NCBI GenBank assembly: GCA_973851085.1
Contig: OZ316776.1
Location: 5,456,001-5,520,000, forward strand
Source of the DNA: Ptychomitrium polyphyllum
Taxonomy: Eukaryota
DNA: 64,000 nucleotides
Direction: 5' to 3'
Shown: one piece after another, positions 34,601-49,600 of the stretch
Layout: the number at the start of each line of letters is the position of its first letter
Position numbering within the stretch: position 1 is the first letter of the stretch
Made by a program: the position numbers and the translations under genes
Notes under the pieces: model-generated
Told to the model about the DNA's origin: nothing
What the model saw: the letters and a program-made list of their open reading frames with translations, nothing else
Databases searched by the model: none

Positions 34601-37600
34601 AAAAGGCAGCAACTCAACGAAATACAATCGAATGAGCTTTATTTACCCATCCTGAAACCCTTGAAGGTTCAAGACGGCGTGAAAACAAAGAACTTTATCG
34701 CTTCCTATGTTAAAGGTTCTTAACTAAAAATCGACTTGCAAGGCTAGCAGTAGGAATAACGTGAATCAGCAAGGGATGCTGTCATAAGATGTCCATGAGT
34801 TCCAGATACGAAGGCTATAACTTCCCTATATTTAAGGCATCATAATGGGTCTAAATAAGTCCAAAATAAAATGATGTCAAGCATGAACCAGCAATTTGCA
34901 CATAACATATACACATGTGCCACGAATAACATAGACATTGAACCATATCGCAACCTGCGTGAGTAGAGATAGTTTCCCGGCCACATGCACAAAGCTCTGA
35001 CAAGTAAAATAACAAGATGAGTACAATCAGCAAACTCAAGGCAAAGTTGTCTTGTAGCTGTCTACGTTTAGTAAGCTAGACAGTTGAGATGAAAGTTGAA
35101 GCTCTGAACGCCAATTGGAATAGAAGTTAAAGTGCAGCTACAGCTATCTGACCATAACCATAAAAATCCAGAAAACGAAACAGTCTACACCAAATTTGAC
35201 AAACGAACGACATATCCACATTGTCAAGGCAGTCAGGAATATTAGCATACTTGTCCAAGTGTCCAAGCCTCACTCTAAGTCTAATCTACGCGGGACAGTC
35301 TACGTGTACGATTGCATCACAAGGTGCAATATGATACACAAATCTATCTACGAATCAGAAACTGCGTAGTTAGAAGACATACGAGAAGCACTCCACATCC
35401 TCACATTGTATGCATCATAGTCACTACACAGCTGCATCCATGTTTACCAGATCATATCAACGATTATAAAGATGAGATAGGATCGTAGCACACACTAAAA
35501 ATGAAAACATGACTTATGATGTTGTTAAACTATGCCCACTACATTGATACTTTAGAGAAGGATTTGACTGAGGGATACATAAGGAACACCATGGCGTACT
35601 TAAAGATGTTATGGTGATTGGTTAAAATTGAACTTGCAGATGTTAATATTGTTATAACTACAAATTGCAGATGAACCGGTTCCTAAGCATGTTTCTAGTT
35701 ATGTTCGTAATCAAGCAACGACCACAACTAAATAAGTTCACATCACATACCGAAACACGCTGTACAATAAGTCTTACAATAAGCTTTATTTCTTCCGGCA
35801 GGTAAAGTACAACTGTTCCCAGGATACTGGAACTACTAAGACAAAAGGAAGTGGAGGGCATTAACCTGTTAATAATTACAATGGCAACCAGGCAAGGAAG
35901 GGAGGATGCCTCTGGAGCCCGTAACTGGTTCAAGAGAAGTCCAAGATTCTTACTGGCTTCTTGTCCCAATGCATTAGCATCTAAGACTGGGTGTCCTCCA
36001 GCTACCCATGCCATATTGAATCCCTTCGAAAAACCTGGCCAACCAGACTAACATATTAAGACTTGATCTAGTAAAATCAGTGTGAACAACAGTAACGTTA
36101 CGTCTAATACAATTGCAACATGCACACACATCACCACTTGATGATAATAGCTATACTGTTCTATTAGGAACACAGTTCTTTCTATAATAATTTAGTAGTG
36201 AACAAAGACGCAAAGTAAATAACAGACAAAACCTGCAAGCTAATTCGTAAATAAACAATAACAGTTCTCAAAACATCTCAAACTTAATGACCACAACGTA
36301 GCAGATCCTAGTCATCCTTAATGGCAAGAACAACTCAACAACTCTCCATATACGTCTCAATCCCACTAAGATCAGACAAATCCAGACACATCAATGCCAG
36401 AACTGAGGGAAGTTATTAATGGCAACTTAAGGCTGCAATCACGTTTTCAGCTCCTCCATTGCAAATTAATGACCAGCTATTCTGAATCGCCATAAGACGA
36501 TCCAGATTGCCTCAAAGCCTTCATAAATATTGATAACACTCGCAAGAATGGAGCTGAAGCTGACCATCAGAAGACTGTTGGTTTGGCAATGAGCCACTGG
36601 GATCGGGCGTAAAAAGCAAAATAGTGTTCTCCACAAATTTCACAGCCAACAGACGTACACCATCATTCCCATGCTGCAAACACAACAGAACAAAGTTTTA
36701 ATAACGATTAGTCCCAACTCAGGAACCTCTTTGAATAGTCCATAGGGATGGCCCAGAAAATAACCAACAGACTACAAAAACATAGCATAAGGTAGCATGA
36801 TTTGCAAGTCGCCTCATAAATAATAGAGAACCTCCTTAATCAGAAGTCCATGCTCTAAAAGATTGGCGAGCTTGTAGAGCTACAGGTGCAAGGCTTATAT
36901 CCTTCTCTGTTGATTCACACTGTCTGGTTACCTGAAAAGCAAGGGTATGGACAGCATCTTTAAAACAAATCATCCAATTCCAGCAATCCAATAGCCGCCG
37001 TTCAACCTGCCCACTGTAGACACCCTGTGCAGAAATAACAAGCATCAGATCTATTGGTATGTAATTCCAACCTATGATTACATACAAACTGACAAGAAAT
37101 CATTACTGCATACTACGAATAACTCGAAAAGATCTCACAGTACTCAATGTCCTGAAACGATAGCTTCCACAGCCTTCATACTTAGGAGTGTGGTTACAGG
37201 ACCACAGGAACTAGAGTGTACCTGTAAAGTAACTTGTTCAAGAATAACCCGGAAGATATTACTACCACTAGTGATAGCTCGCCGAGCAACTGCTGGTGCT
37301 GAATCTTGCAATAAAGCGAGTAGAACTGGAACCATGATTGGTACAAAATCAGCATGCTGCGTACCAATTCCTTCTATCATTCTGCACACACAATAACACT
37401 TGCTCAGCTGAAAATCGAAGTGTCTTAAGAAGGATGTATTCAGCTCCTTCAAACGCGCAGTGCACAGAATGCAAGACATGCTACAAGTATTTGGCAAATA
37501 TCTTTGCCTGACTTTGTGAGTGTTGCAAATCATCTTCAACTCTTTGTAAATTCCTCGCCATAGCTCTTACGAAATCTTCGCAAGTACAGAGTAGGCGAAC

Positions 37601-38767
37601 AAAAGTATAAGCAATCTCCGATAGAGACACTGCTGCGTACTGAGCCATTATAACCTAACTCTGTTCACGTACCATCTTCTCGACATGAACGAGCATAAAA
37701 TATGGATCCATGCCTTTACAATGTCTGCATTACTTTGTTCCAATTGTTGTTCCAAATACATACGGTCTACCTTAGGATTAAGACAGCACGTCGCTTGCAA
37801 AGAATGAAGGCAACTAAGAAGGTCGACAACAACGTCTGCATCTACTCACTACAGCCATGAAGAAATTTAAACATTGAGACAATCGGGGCGGGAGGGATAA
37901 ATAAATCAACCAATAAAATAAATCCCCATAATTTTTATAACTTCTGGATGCAGAGGTAAAAGCTTGTTATCGAATTGGTAAGGACAGGCAAAACGTTCAA
38001 TATCATGACAGGGGAGCTGAGAATAGTCAAACACTGTAACAAACTTCAGAGACCCTACGAGCTGAGAACATACAGCGTGTATCGACAAGCGACTGCTCTC
38101 TAACAGCCAAACTTATATGAAACAAAAAATGCGGACACACTATTGCAAACAATAAACCTGACAGGCCAAGATAAACTAGGCCTGTCTGAGCAACCATTTA
38201 AATTGTCGAAACTATGTCCGTACTAAGTACAACGCCGTTCAAGGAGTTTCGAGAACAATGAGCGGAGGATCAACTGGAGCTTTGTTGATAAGAACTGTTC
38301 AACACGAGTACCAGGAAAGATGGAAGGAATGTTAAATAGGAGAGCAAACTGAGAGTAGTAATAGGAAATGTAAGTTCAGGACGGGTGAACCTAAGGCATG
38401 AAACACGCCACAACGCTTTGCGCACTAAACAGACAGAACACACAGACAGCAACATCAATTCTCATGTATGGATGCATTAAAAGGAAAGAAGAACTGCAGC
38501 GCGAAGTATATTTTAGCACGTAAACCCTGCGAATTGAGAGACAAAGGATGGAAGAGCAACGCACTCGGCAAGGTATTTCCGGATAGGGCTGCCAGGCTCC
38601 GTCTGCAACTCCATCAAATAAGGCACGAACTCGGGCAGCAGAGACGACGGATCCCGATGCAACACGAGCTCCATGAGAGTTTTCAACAAATCCGCTTTGG
38701 CCGAGGTCTCTCCCGTCATTTTCACCTCGTTCAGCAGCGCCACTGCCTGGTCCCGAACCCCTGCCAT
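25627..38767 (-). CDS. ESP4: Symplekin (pre-mRNA 3'-end processing scaffold, ESP4-like), more than 25 exons; an in-frame upstream ATG lies at 38782
   Basis: N-terminal exons (LLPEFVPYLMELQTEPGSPIRKYLAE, DGVRLLAVKFVE, SLAGIAKRRP) and Symplekin_C exons (ILQGSAHTGPALTPAEVLIALH, VFTQQVLAKVLNQLVEQTPLPLLFMRTVIQA, FVMEILSRLVSKQIWKLPKLWMGFLKC). The exons traced join in frame at GT-AG sites; stop at 25627-25629. Confidence 0.93.
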
Positions 38768-40080
38768 CCTCCCTTGTTGCATTGCTAGAACCTCACCTCC
38801 ACTCCCCTCCCCTCTCCTCCTCTCCCCTCCCCTCCCGTCCTCCCCAGTCTGGCCCTGTTCAACAATAACACACTGTGTGCACCCTAATCCTCCACCCCGC
38901 AACTACCGCATTGCCGTCTCCTCCGCTCGCTCCGTATCGTATCCGCTCCACATCATGCTCACTCGAAGCGAACACATAACTCCATAATCATCTCGCCCGC
39001 CCGCCCTCCCTCCAGCAATCCGACTCCCGGTTTCAATTCGTGTCTACCTCTGAGCGCTGGAAAATTTGTGAAAAGAGAGAGCGGCCGGAGAATCCGGCAC
39101 AGCAGGTACTGGTATTGGTGGAGGAGGTGGAGGTGGAGGTGGAGCGGGTGGGGAAGCGTGGGGCAAGAGACGGGGGGTGCGAGAGCGGAGCAGAGCGGAG
39201 TGCAAGAGGAGAGATTGGTGGCGAGAAAGCACAGCCTTCCAGTTCCAGGATGGCTTTGTTTAGGGTTTGGTCTGCCTGCCCTTCCATCCCCCGTGTGAAT
39301 AGTGTTTGTTTGTCCACTTCTATAACTCTGTTTATAGGACATATAGGACAAACATAAGGAGTTTAATACCAGTGTTTTTTAAAGAACATATAGACACTAT
39401 TACTCATATAAATTATATGAGTAGCAATTAATAGCTGTACAAGTTCCATAAAAAATCCACATGACGTTTTTCTAAGTGAGATTTACCACAACTATTCTTT
39501 GAAATTGAAGACTACATCTTGCACATTCATAATTTGACAAAGATCATACTTATTGATAGATTAAGTGTTGAGTATAAAGGGTTGTTTAGTGCTTGATGGA
39601 AGACATGCACTTGCATGTTATATCATTGTTGTTTTGTGAACAACACACTTATCATTTATAAATAATTGATTAGCTTAAACTACGTATTATATTGGATATA
39701 TAAAGTTGTCATTTATCAATTTAATTTCCTTACATGTACCTTCTTTAAAGCTTGTATTACAAGTTGCAATGATATAAGTGTCATATAACAGCATCTATAA
39801 GGAAAAAAAAAGTGTATATTATTATTGATAATTGTTACTTAGACAAAGATGGAATTAAGTTGGTCTCAATAGATATATTAGCCTATGTTTTTATTTTACA
39901 AGATTAATATTTAAAAGTTTGAAGTTTTGATTAAAGATTTGATAACATGGCAAAAACAAATGCTCATTGTCAAAGTAAATATGGCTTATTCTAAAGATAA
40001 TATTGATGAACTTCTATTTGATTATAATCATTTTCAGTAAGTTACAATTATAAATTATATATAGTATATTATATTATAGG

Positions 40081-41359
40081 TGTCACAAACATACATCATG
40101 CAACATAGTCCTTAGAACCTTCTAGTATCTTCTAATATATCATAGTTGATTCTTGGAATACTTTCAAACGTCTCCATTGTTAGGGACACAAGAAACAAGA
40201 AGCAGAAACGAAGTGTTTTCTAAGAATTAGCTTCCAAAGAGCTAATGATTAACAAGAACTTGATACTAAAACTAGAACAAGGCAGAATTCAAGATGATCT
40301 ACAACTTGTGCTGGCAAGACTAAGGAATACCTTGTCTTGCCTCCTATTTATACTATGACGTTTCTATCTCATAGAATACCTTTAAAGAAGCTTCCTACAA
40401 GACTTATGAATATTTTGGAAGTCTAGAGAATTTTTCCAAGAAATTTCCTAAGATGTTAAAATTTTCATAAGAAGCTTTCAAGGAGTTGGAACCTTCCTTA
40501 GAAGTTTCCTAAGGTAGCAGAACCTTCTTAGGAAGTTTTCTAAAGAGGTAGAACCTTCCTAAGAAATTTTCTAAGGTGGAAGAATTTCTTAGGAAATTTC
40601 GTAAGGTAATGAGATCTTTGTAGAAAGTTTCCTAAGGTGATGGGATCTTTGTAGGAAGTTTCCTAAGATGATAAAACCTTCCTAGGAAATTTCTTAAGGT
40701 GGAGGAACTTTCTTATGAAGCTTCTTAAAAACATGGAAAGGTTATGAAGACATTTAAAAGTATTCTAAGAAGCTATTATAGTCTACTAGAAGGTTCAAGA
40801 ATGTTCTAAGGACTATGTTCTATGATCTATGTCTGTGACATCCATAGCCGTTTCTACGTTCTTAAAAATTTCCTTGGAAATTTTCTAGGAAATTTCCACT
40901 ACCTCTAAAAATTTCCTAGGAAGGTACCATCATCTCATAAAACTTCCTAGGAAGATTCTAGCTCTTTAGAAAATTTCCTTTAAAAGTTCCATCCTCTCAA
41001 GAACTTCCTATGAAGCTTCCATCACCTCAAGAAACTTCCTATGAAGGTTCCATAACATTAGGAAACTTCCGAAGAAGGTTCCACCAATTTAGAAAATTCC
41101 CAAAGAAGGTTCTAATTCCTTAGAAGCTTCTTATGAAGGTTCCAACATCTTAGGAAACTCTTTAGAAAAGTTCTTTAGACTTCTAGAACATTCTTAAGTC
41201 TTGTAAGAAGCTTCTTTAGAAGTATCTTAAGAGATACAATCGTTATAATATAAATAAGAGGCAAGACAAGGTATTCCTTAGTCTTGGCAATACAAGTTAT
41301 GGATCATCATATATCTTGCCTTGTTATAGTCTTGCTTCTTATTTCTTGTGTCTCTAAGA
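40081..41359 (+). mobile_element. Older solo LTR of an LTR retrotransposon (probably Gypsy-type), split by a nested insertion at 40178-40840
   Basis: Starts TGTCACAAACAT and ends ...TGTGTCTCTAAGA (degenerate ...CTAACA). Flanks are ATAGG and ATAAG (4/5 TSD). It contains about 30-bp tandem units with ttcctaggaa cores and a TATA-like tataaata near 41251. Confidence 0.8.
40178..40840 (-). mobile_element. Younger solo LTR of the same family, inserted in opposite orientation
   Basis: On the minus strand it starts TGTCACAGACAT and ends ...TGTGTCCCTAACA (TG...CA termini). Perfect 5-bp TSD TCCAT at 40173-40177 and 40841-40845. Confidence 0.9.
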
Positions 41360-42864
41360 ATAAGGCCCTATTAATCTATGTACATATTTATTCTTGACAA
41401 TGCTATCTGATTAGGTTTTAATTCTAATATTATTATTATATTTAAGTATAAAAAAGTTATTATTGTAAGAATATATTTGTTTTATTTAAAGATGTTAAAT
41501 GCATGTTTCTTAATATTATATTGAAAAACAATATTGTGGCAATATAAATAAATAACTTCCACAATTGTCAAATTTAACAATTGTAATACCCTAATAAAAT
41601 TATAAAAAAATAAAGTACTCAATGCCATTCATGTTTTTATATCAAATAAATGATTTAATTATTCTAGCTGTTGGCACACAATTTTCTCTTGATGCAAATA
41701 TTTATGAAGTTCATTAATTTTGAATCTGTTTTTAATATATTAAGATTTAAAATTTTAATGTGTAGTATTAAAATTTTGACCAAATTTAAACAAATTTATT
41801 TTCTCAGCATTATTTTTCAATATTCTTCTTCTCTTTCCAAATTGCATATAATTTCATTTGTTTTCTTTGTATCAAACCATATTCAAAACACTAAAATGTA
41901 CAAAATTTAGAACTTGATTTTATTGAATTATAACATTTGCTTAATATCATGAAAAAACTATTAATTTTTTTTAAATGTAGAATATTTTTAAACTAACAAT
42001 AACATTGTCTTAGAAATATTATATATGTAAACAAACGCAATATGAAAATCTGAACCATTAAAGTTTAGAAAGGATTTTTTATAATCTAATAACCATAGAT
42101 TCTAATATCCCTAACATTAAAACGTTTTTTTTGCAAGTTACAAAAAAAATCCTTGATCCAATTGTATGCAACAAGTAAAAATATTTATGTGCTTAAGGCC
42201 CTTCATTATAAATAAATTGAGAGACAAATTTAAAGATTCAAATGTAAAAGTATATGCCTTTGCACCATCAATAACAATTTTTTAGTCGAAATTGTTTACT
42301 ATTTGCCAATTTTAAAATATATATTTTTTCCTCATTACAAAATGGATTAGGCGGCACTACAATATTACTCAAATTAGAAAGGAAAGGAACATAAAAGGTT
42401 GGAATGACACTTTTTATAATTAGAAAAAAATGCTTTAATTAGCTTAGTCTTTGTGTTAGAATTTCTGATTAGAAATGCCCACTACTTAATTTTTTGGATT
42501 TAAAAAAATCTTGATAGTTGCTTAGATCCTCTAATATGCACCAATGTGTATAAAAGTTTTAGAGTTATTGCTTCTTAAGACTTTAGAAGGTTGAGATTAA
42601 TTATGGTTTGAACAATTGGCTTTCATTGCAAGAAACTCTGATTGTTTGATGGTTGATTTTCATTAAATAAATGGGAAAAACTTTTGGTTAATAATTTTCC
42701 AAATTTTACAAATGTTCCAATTGTAAATTTATTTTTCCCCAGCCAGCCTGTAATTTATGAATTACAACTTTTATTTTGTACCGCATACAACTCTATTATA
42801 ATTGTGAGAAATAACAGTAGTAGTGTCCCCAAAATACAACCCCACGGCACAACAACACCACTTT

Positions 42865-42933
42865 GGACGACGACAAAAGAGAAAAGAAAGGACGACGACA
42901 AAAGAGAAAAGAAAGGACGACGACAAAAGAGAG
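42865..42933. repeat. 25-bp tandem repeat, about 2.7 copies (ggacgacgacaaaagagaaaagaaa), upstream of ATG8
   Basis: Units start at 42865, 42890 and 42915. Confidence 0.9.
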
Positions 42934-42999
42934 AAAATAAAAGCGGAGGCTCCAAAAAGGCGTGAAGACACCTGCTGGACAAGACTGGGGGGGTGGAGC

Positions 43000-43020
43000 G
43001 GTGACCGGTGACCGGTGACC
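43000..43020. repeat. (GGTGACC)3 in the ATG8 upstream region
   Basis: Three perfect 7-bp quasi-palindromic units read directly. Confidence 0.85.
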
Positions 43021-43566
43021 GGGGGGGGAAGTGTAAACGAAACGACCCAGGCAGGCGCTCACTTCACTTGCAAAGCGAATCACCTCCCCCGAAGCGACGC
43101 CCCGTCATAAAGCGACCTGACGTTCGGGACAAGCAACCACCCCTTCCCCGCACCCCTCCACCCGTCCTCCGCACTCCCCACCCGTCCCCCGGGCCTCGCC
43201 CGCGCCACCGCCGAGCCTCGACTGAACCTGTACAGACCTGCTGGCCGAGCCGAGAAGCGACCCGCCCGTGCGCTGTTGGGTTGGGGGTGAGGGGTGGGCA
43301 GGCTTTAGTCGGAGGGGAGTGTTGCAGCGGGTCCATCGTCAGCTCTCTCCCCTCTCTCATTCTCTCTTTGTTGTTTTCATTTCTTGCGCTTCGTCTCTCG
43401 TGCTCCGATCTCCAAGTTGGCGCTTTCGCTTCGCACGGTGCGTCTGCTCTTGGTTTCCTGCGCTTTGAGTAGTTTTTCCGGGAGTTCCACCTGAGAACTC
43501 ATCCGGTGGTTTTGTCCTTGTCTTAGGAAGGGGGTTCTTTCCAGTTCTGTGTTTCTGGGGCTGGGT

Positions 43567-43598
43567 GGTTGGTTGGTTGGTTGGTTGGTTGGTTGGTT
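43567..43598. repeat. (GGTT)8 microsatellite in the ATG8 5' leader region
   Basis: Read directly. Confidence 0.9.
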
Positions 43599-44038
43599 CT
43601 CGAAGCGGAAGAATACCATCTGGGAGGGCGTCAATTAAGGGGTGGAGGGAGATAGTTCGAGAAGGATTTCCTTCTGGGAACTCATCCGGTGGTTTTTGTT
43701 GTCTTGGGAAGGGGGTTGCTGTGATTCGTGTTTTCTTCTTGCGGAGGTTGGTTGGTTGGAGAACATCGTTTAGGAGGATCTTTTGATTAAGAGGTGGTGG
43801 TGGTGGATTTGTGAGGACAAGGTGGTGTTCTTTTTTGCTTTTGGCGATATGGAATATTCGTCGGGGAAGGGTGCCCGGGGGGTGAGTGTGTGTAGGGTTT
43901 GGTGCTTTGGGCGGTTTTTGCATGTTTTAGGTATGAGGTTTCCATCTCACCGGTGTTTCTGCACTTGTGGTTATCAGGCGAAGGAGAATTGTCTTGTGAG
44001 GGGAGGCTTAAAGGCGTATTGTCGTCTCTCTGGTGACC

Positions 44039-45748
<1,710 letters not shown>

Positions 45749-46498
45749 CTATGGAGCATCGATAGCTCGTTGAGGATATGTGTTAGTTTGTATGCATAAA
45801 TATATTTTGATTCAATATGTGCTTGTCCTTCGGTGTAGCGTAGCTGAATCCGTTCTCGACACGTGCACAATAGCCTATCATTAGTGCTCTGGGATTTATA
45901 ATTTGGAACAAACTGTCATTGTAAAGCTCATCTGACATTGTGTTCTAGTATAGTACTAGACAGGAAACAGACAAATGTACATAGAACCTTGTATTTGATT
46001 TTAACCCTATGTTAAAAAACTGCATATAATCAATAACATACATTTGCCTTCTCACTTGTAAAGTTGTGTGATTTTTCTTCTTTGAAGTGCACTAGATTGT
46101 TAGGTTGTGATATTTGCACTGCGGCTACTTGCAGTGTAATTTGTAGTCTTAACACTACGGGCTAAGGTCGAGGGGTTGATGGATTCTAAAAATCTGATTG
46201 GTGTGATAGTTGGGAATCAGTCACTCCTCAAGAGTTGATGCCTTCCAAGTGTCAACATGTAATATTTTGGTGAATTATTGGTCTTTCTGTGGACGACTGG
46301 ATTGGTCAAGAATGGAAGCCCAATTTCTGCCTAGGGCTGAAGAAATTCTTTTGTTATCCTCATGGATGAAGAAGCTCATTGTTGGCAAATTTACAACAAT
46401 TAGATTCTAGTGCAGCAATTAGATTCCAGTGCAGAGTGCTGAGAAATACTTATCATGTGATTTTTGTTGGGAATGGTTTTTATTATTCAAAGTCATTC

Positions 46499-46633
46499 AA
46501 ATTTTATATAGGAAATTTAAGATAAAAATATAATGAAACAATCAAATTTTATATAGGAAATTTAAGATAAAAATATAATGAAACAATCAAATTTTATATA
46601 GGAAATTTAAGATAAAAATATAATGAAACAATC
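46499..46633. repeat. Three perfect tandem copies of a 45-bp AT-rich unit
   Basis: aaattttatataggaaatttaagataaaaatataatgaaacaatc at 46499, 46544 and 46589. Confidence 0.95.
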
Positions 46634-46649
46634 GACTATGTGATTCTGA

Positions 46650-49600
46650 TTCTTTGGTGGAAATTTAGTCTAGGGTATAAAGATAAATACTATTCATCTA
46701 CATCTCAATTATTAAGATGAAGTATACAAATTCTAAACTTCTTTTCTATTTATTGTGTAATAGTTGTTAGTGAATTTAATTGTATTTGTATTCATTTTGT
46801 TGATAAAAGAGCGTTTTTAAAAACCTATTAAAACACTTGGTTTTTCTTCTTCTTTATTTTTTGTTCTTCTTCCTTATTTTGGATACTATAAGGCTAATTG
46901 TAAATTATCTAGTATAAATTTCATGATTAATGTATTTTTTAAGACTTTCTATACATGCTACTTTACGTGGTTCAATTGCATAAAAAAATTTCAAAAATTG
47001 ATTAAATCATTTTTACAAGTATAACTTATTATTTACTTATAGATATTTTTTATTATTAAAGGTCAAATATTATAATTCAAAAATTTAATTTTATAAATGG
47101 TGCTCCTTTATCAACATTTAACATTTTTAAATAATCTTATAACATTTTAAAGAATATACATATATTTTTTGTCTTTTGTATAGTGTGATAAATTGGATAT
47201 AAGGTCTAAAAGGAAATAAATTCTTTATACAAGCTTATGTTGCAAAAGATTGTAACTTTTTATTATTGTAATTTATGCTATATTTAAATCTATTTATGCT
47301 TTTACATCATTCAACAATCAATAATTTCTCTATTTATTAAAAAAATTATTAGATCATATTTTTAATGAATTTAGCAAAAAATTAATGAACATGAAGGAAT
47401 TAAGACGTAATAAATAATATTTGAAAATAATTTAATTTGTGCAACGAAATTTAAAATCTTCAATTAATTTATAATATAATATTCAAAATATATAAATCTT
47501 ATATTCTAACTTCATTTCTTCAAAGTTGAATCTAAAATGATTAACATTTTACATTTATTAATTGTACATCCACTGATACTTGATTTTATTGTATCATTTT
47601 AAAAATTTGTAAATATAGTATTAACTGTTGTATATTAAATCATATTAACAATTCAATCATTTAAATAAAAGTGTCGACTTTTTTAAATGCAAAATTTATT
47701 ATGTAGATTAAACATTCTAAAGTAAAGTTAAATATTTTATCAAAAGATAATTTAGTGGTATTAAATTAGTCTATCAATTCATTATCAAATAAACCATTCA
47801 TTACAATTCATTAAAAATTTTGAACTTATTATAGTTCACACTGGCCTAATATTTTATTAAAATTATACTGCAAAAATAACTTTGATTTTCAACTTACAGT
47901 TTGAATTGATTTTTAAACCAAATATTTCTTTTGACCTCCAAATATTGAACACATGTATCAAAAGCTATCAAACCTTCTTTTGTTAATTACAAAAATCATT
48001 TATTTTTTATATTTGTAAATATTAAAACTTTTAATAATTTTATTCTAAGCATTTCTTTTATTTATACCAAAATATTGATTTGTGTATGAAATACTTTGAT
48101 TTGATTTAAATATCTAGAATTTTCATCTTTTTAATACTATTGATAATCAACAAGTTGAAGGTGAATGAATTATATGTATGAGAAATATATTTAATATATA
48201 TATTCTACATGATATGCATTCATGGATGTTTTTGAAATATTGTAATGAAAAAATATACAGACATGTATATGTTTGTAAAATAAAATGAATAGTAAGTTGT
48301 ATTATCAATATATTAACCTACTTGTAAATTGAAATATGCCTATTGTAATATATAATATTTACATTGATATTATAATTAGTACTTATGATCAATACCTATC
48401 AATATATATGATATGATACAAAAATATTAAAGCCAACCTTTAAATTACATACTAATGATATGTGAAATAAATTGCATTTACATACGCATATTATGATAGA
48501 AAGTTTAAACAACCATAGGAAAATAATTCAAAATTAATATATAAACAATCAAATTTGAAAAAGATCACTTATAAAATCAACAAATATTCTAGTAGGTTCT
48601 TTTCAATGATTTTGTTAAAATCTAAGATTTCATCATTTTAAATAGGTTATATTTGTGATCAACTAAAAATTTCAAAGTTGCCTATATTAATGGTTGTATT
48701 TGATCAATAGCCTTGGATAATTCACAACAATTATATTATAAATGGACTCTTAGTTCCTATATTTTGTAACAACTATTTCAAAAGTTGTTAGAAAAAACTA
48801 CTATTAAGTGTGATGTGTAAGATATTGGATGGAATTTGATATTTTCATTGCATGCATCAACATATATTTTCTTATTAATATCAATAAAATATAATCAAAT
48901 CCAAAATAAAAACTTTTTGAGAATAAAACTTAAAGACATTCATATGGTTTTTCCTTGTTAACATACAAAGATACTTTAAATTTGAATAGAATATTCTATT
49001 CTTCTTCAACAATACTTTGTAACCCTTTATTTTGAAGAGATTTAAATTTTGATTAAAGAACATAGACATAGATAAACAATTTGTTGAAAAGAATGTAGAT
49101 TATTAAGATACAATCATTTAAACTTTTATGTAAATAATCACCAAATTATTTCTTGAATATTGATAATTGCATCAAATTTTAAAAGTTTATTGATTAACAA
49201 CATAATGATTAAAAAAATTATAATGATGCTGATAAGAAAATAATAATATTCATAAAAAAAGTTATTTTCATTTATTTTTAGGAATTTTTATGTTTTGTTT
49301 TAAACTCAAAAACTAATATCTAAAATTGTACATTTCAAAAACAATTAAACTTATATCATTATTTTAAAGGCTATATATACTATTAAATTTAGCTTTTCAA
49401 AAAATATTGATGTTGCATTGGTGAAATTGTTGTTTAATAAAAAAATCACTAAATCTTAAATGTTATTGTAATGTAAGGTATTTTGATGATAATTGTTATA
49501 ATTGTTATATATAATTGTGATATAATAATCAAATAATAAAATTTATGTATAATTATCATATTTCAATAAAAATGAATAGAATTTAATATTTAGTTGGTAT

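Noticed and set aside
25627..38767. U12-type or non-canonical introns in symplekin
   Set aside because: All junctions I traced are ordinary GT-AG without the U12 donor consensus.
38959..39357. Overlapping ORFs on both strands upstream of symplekin
   Set aside because: They arise from the GC-rich promoter/5' UTR with a (GGAGGT)n run and have no protein motifs.
42865..42933. Short direct repeats here and at 46499-46633 as possible CRISPR arrays
   Set aside because: They are head-to-tail tandem repeats with no unique spacers and no cas genes, in a eukaryotic context.
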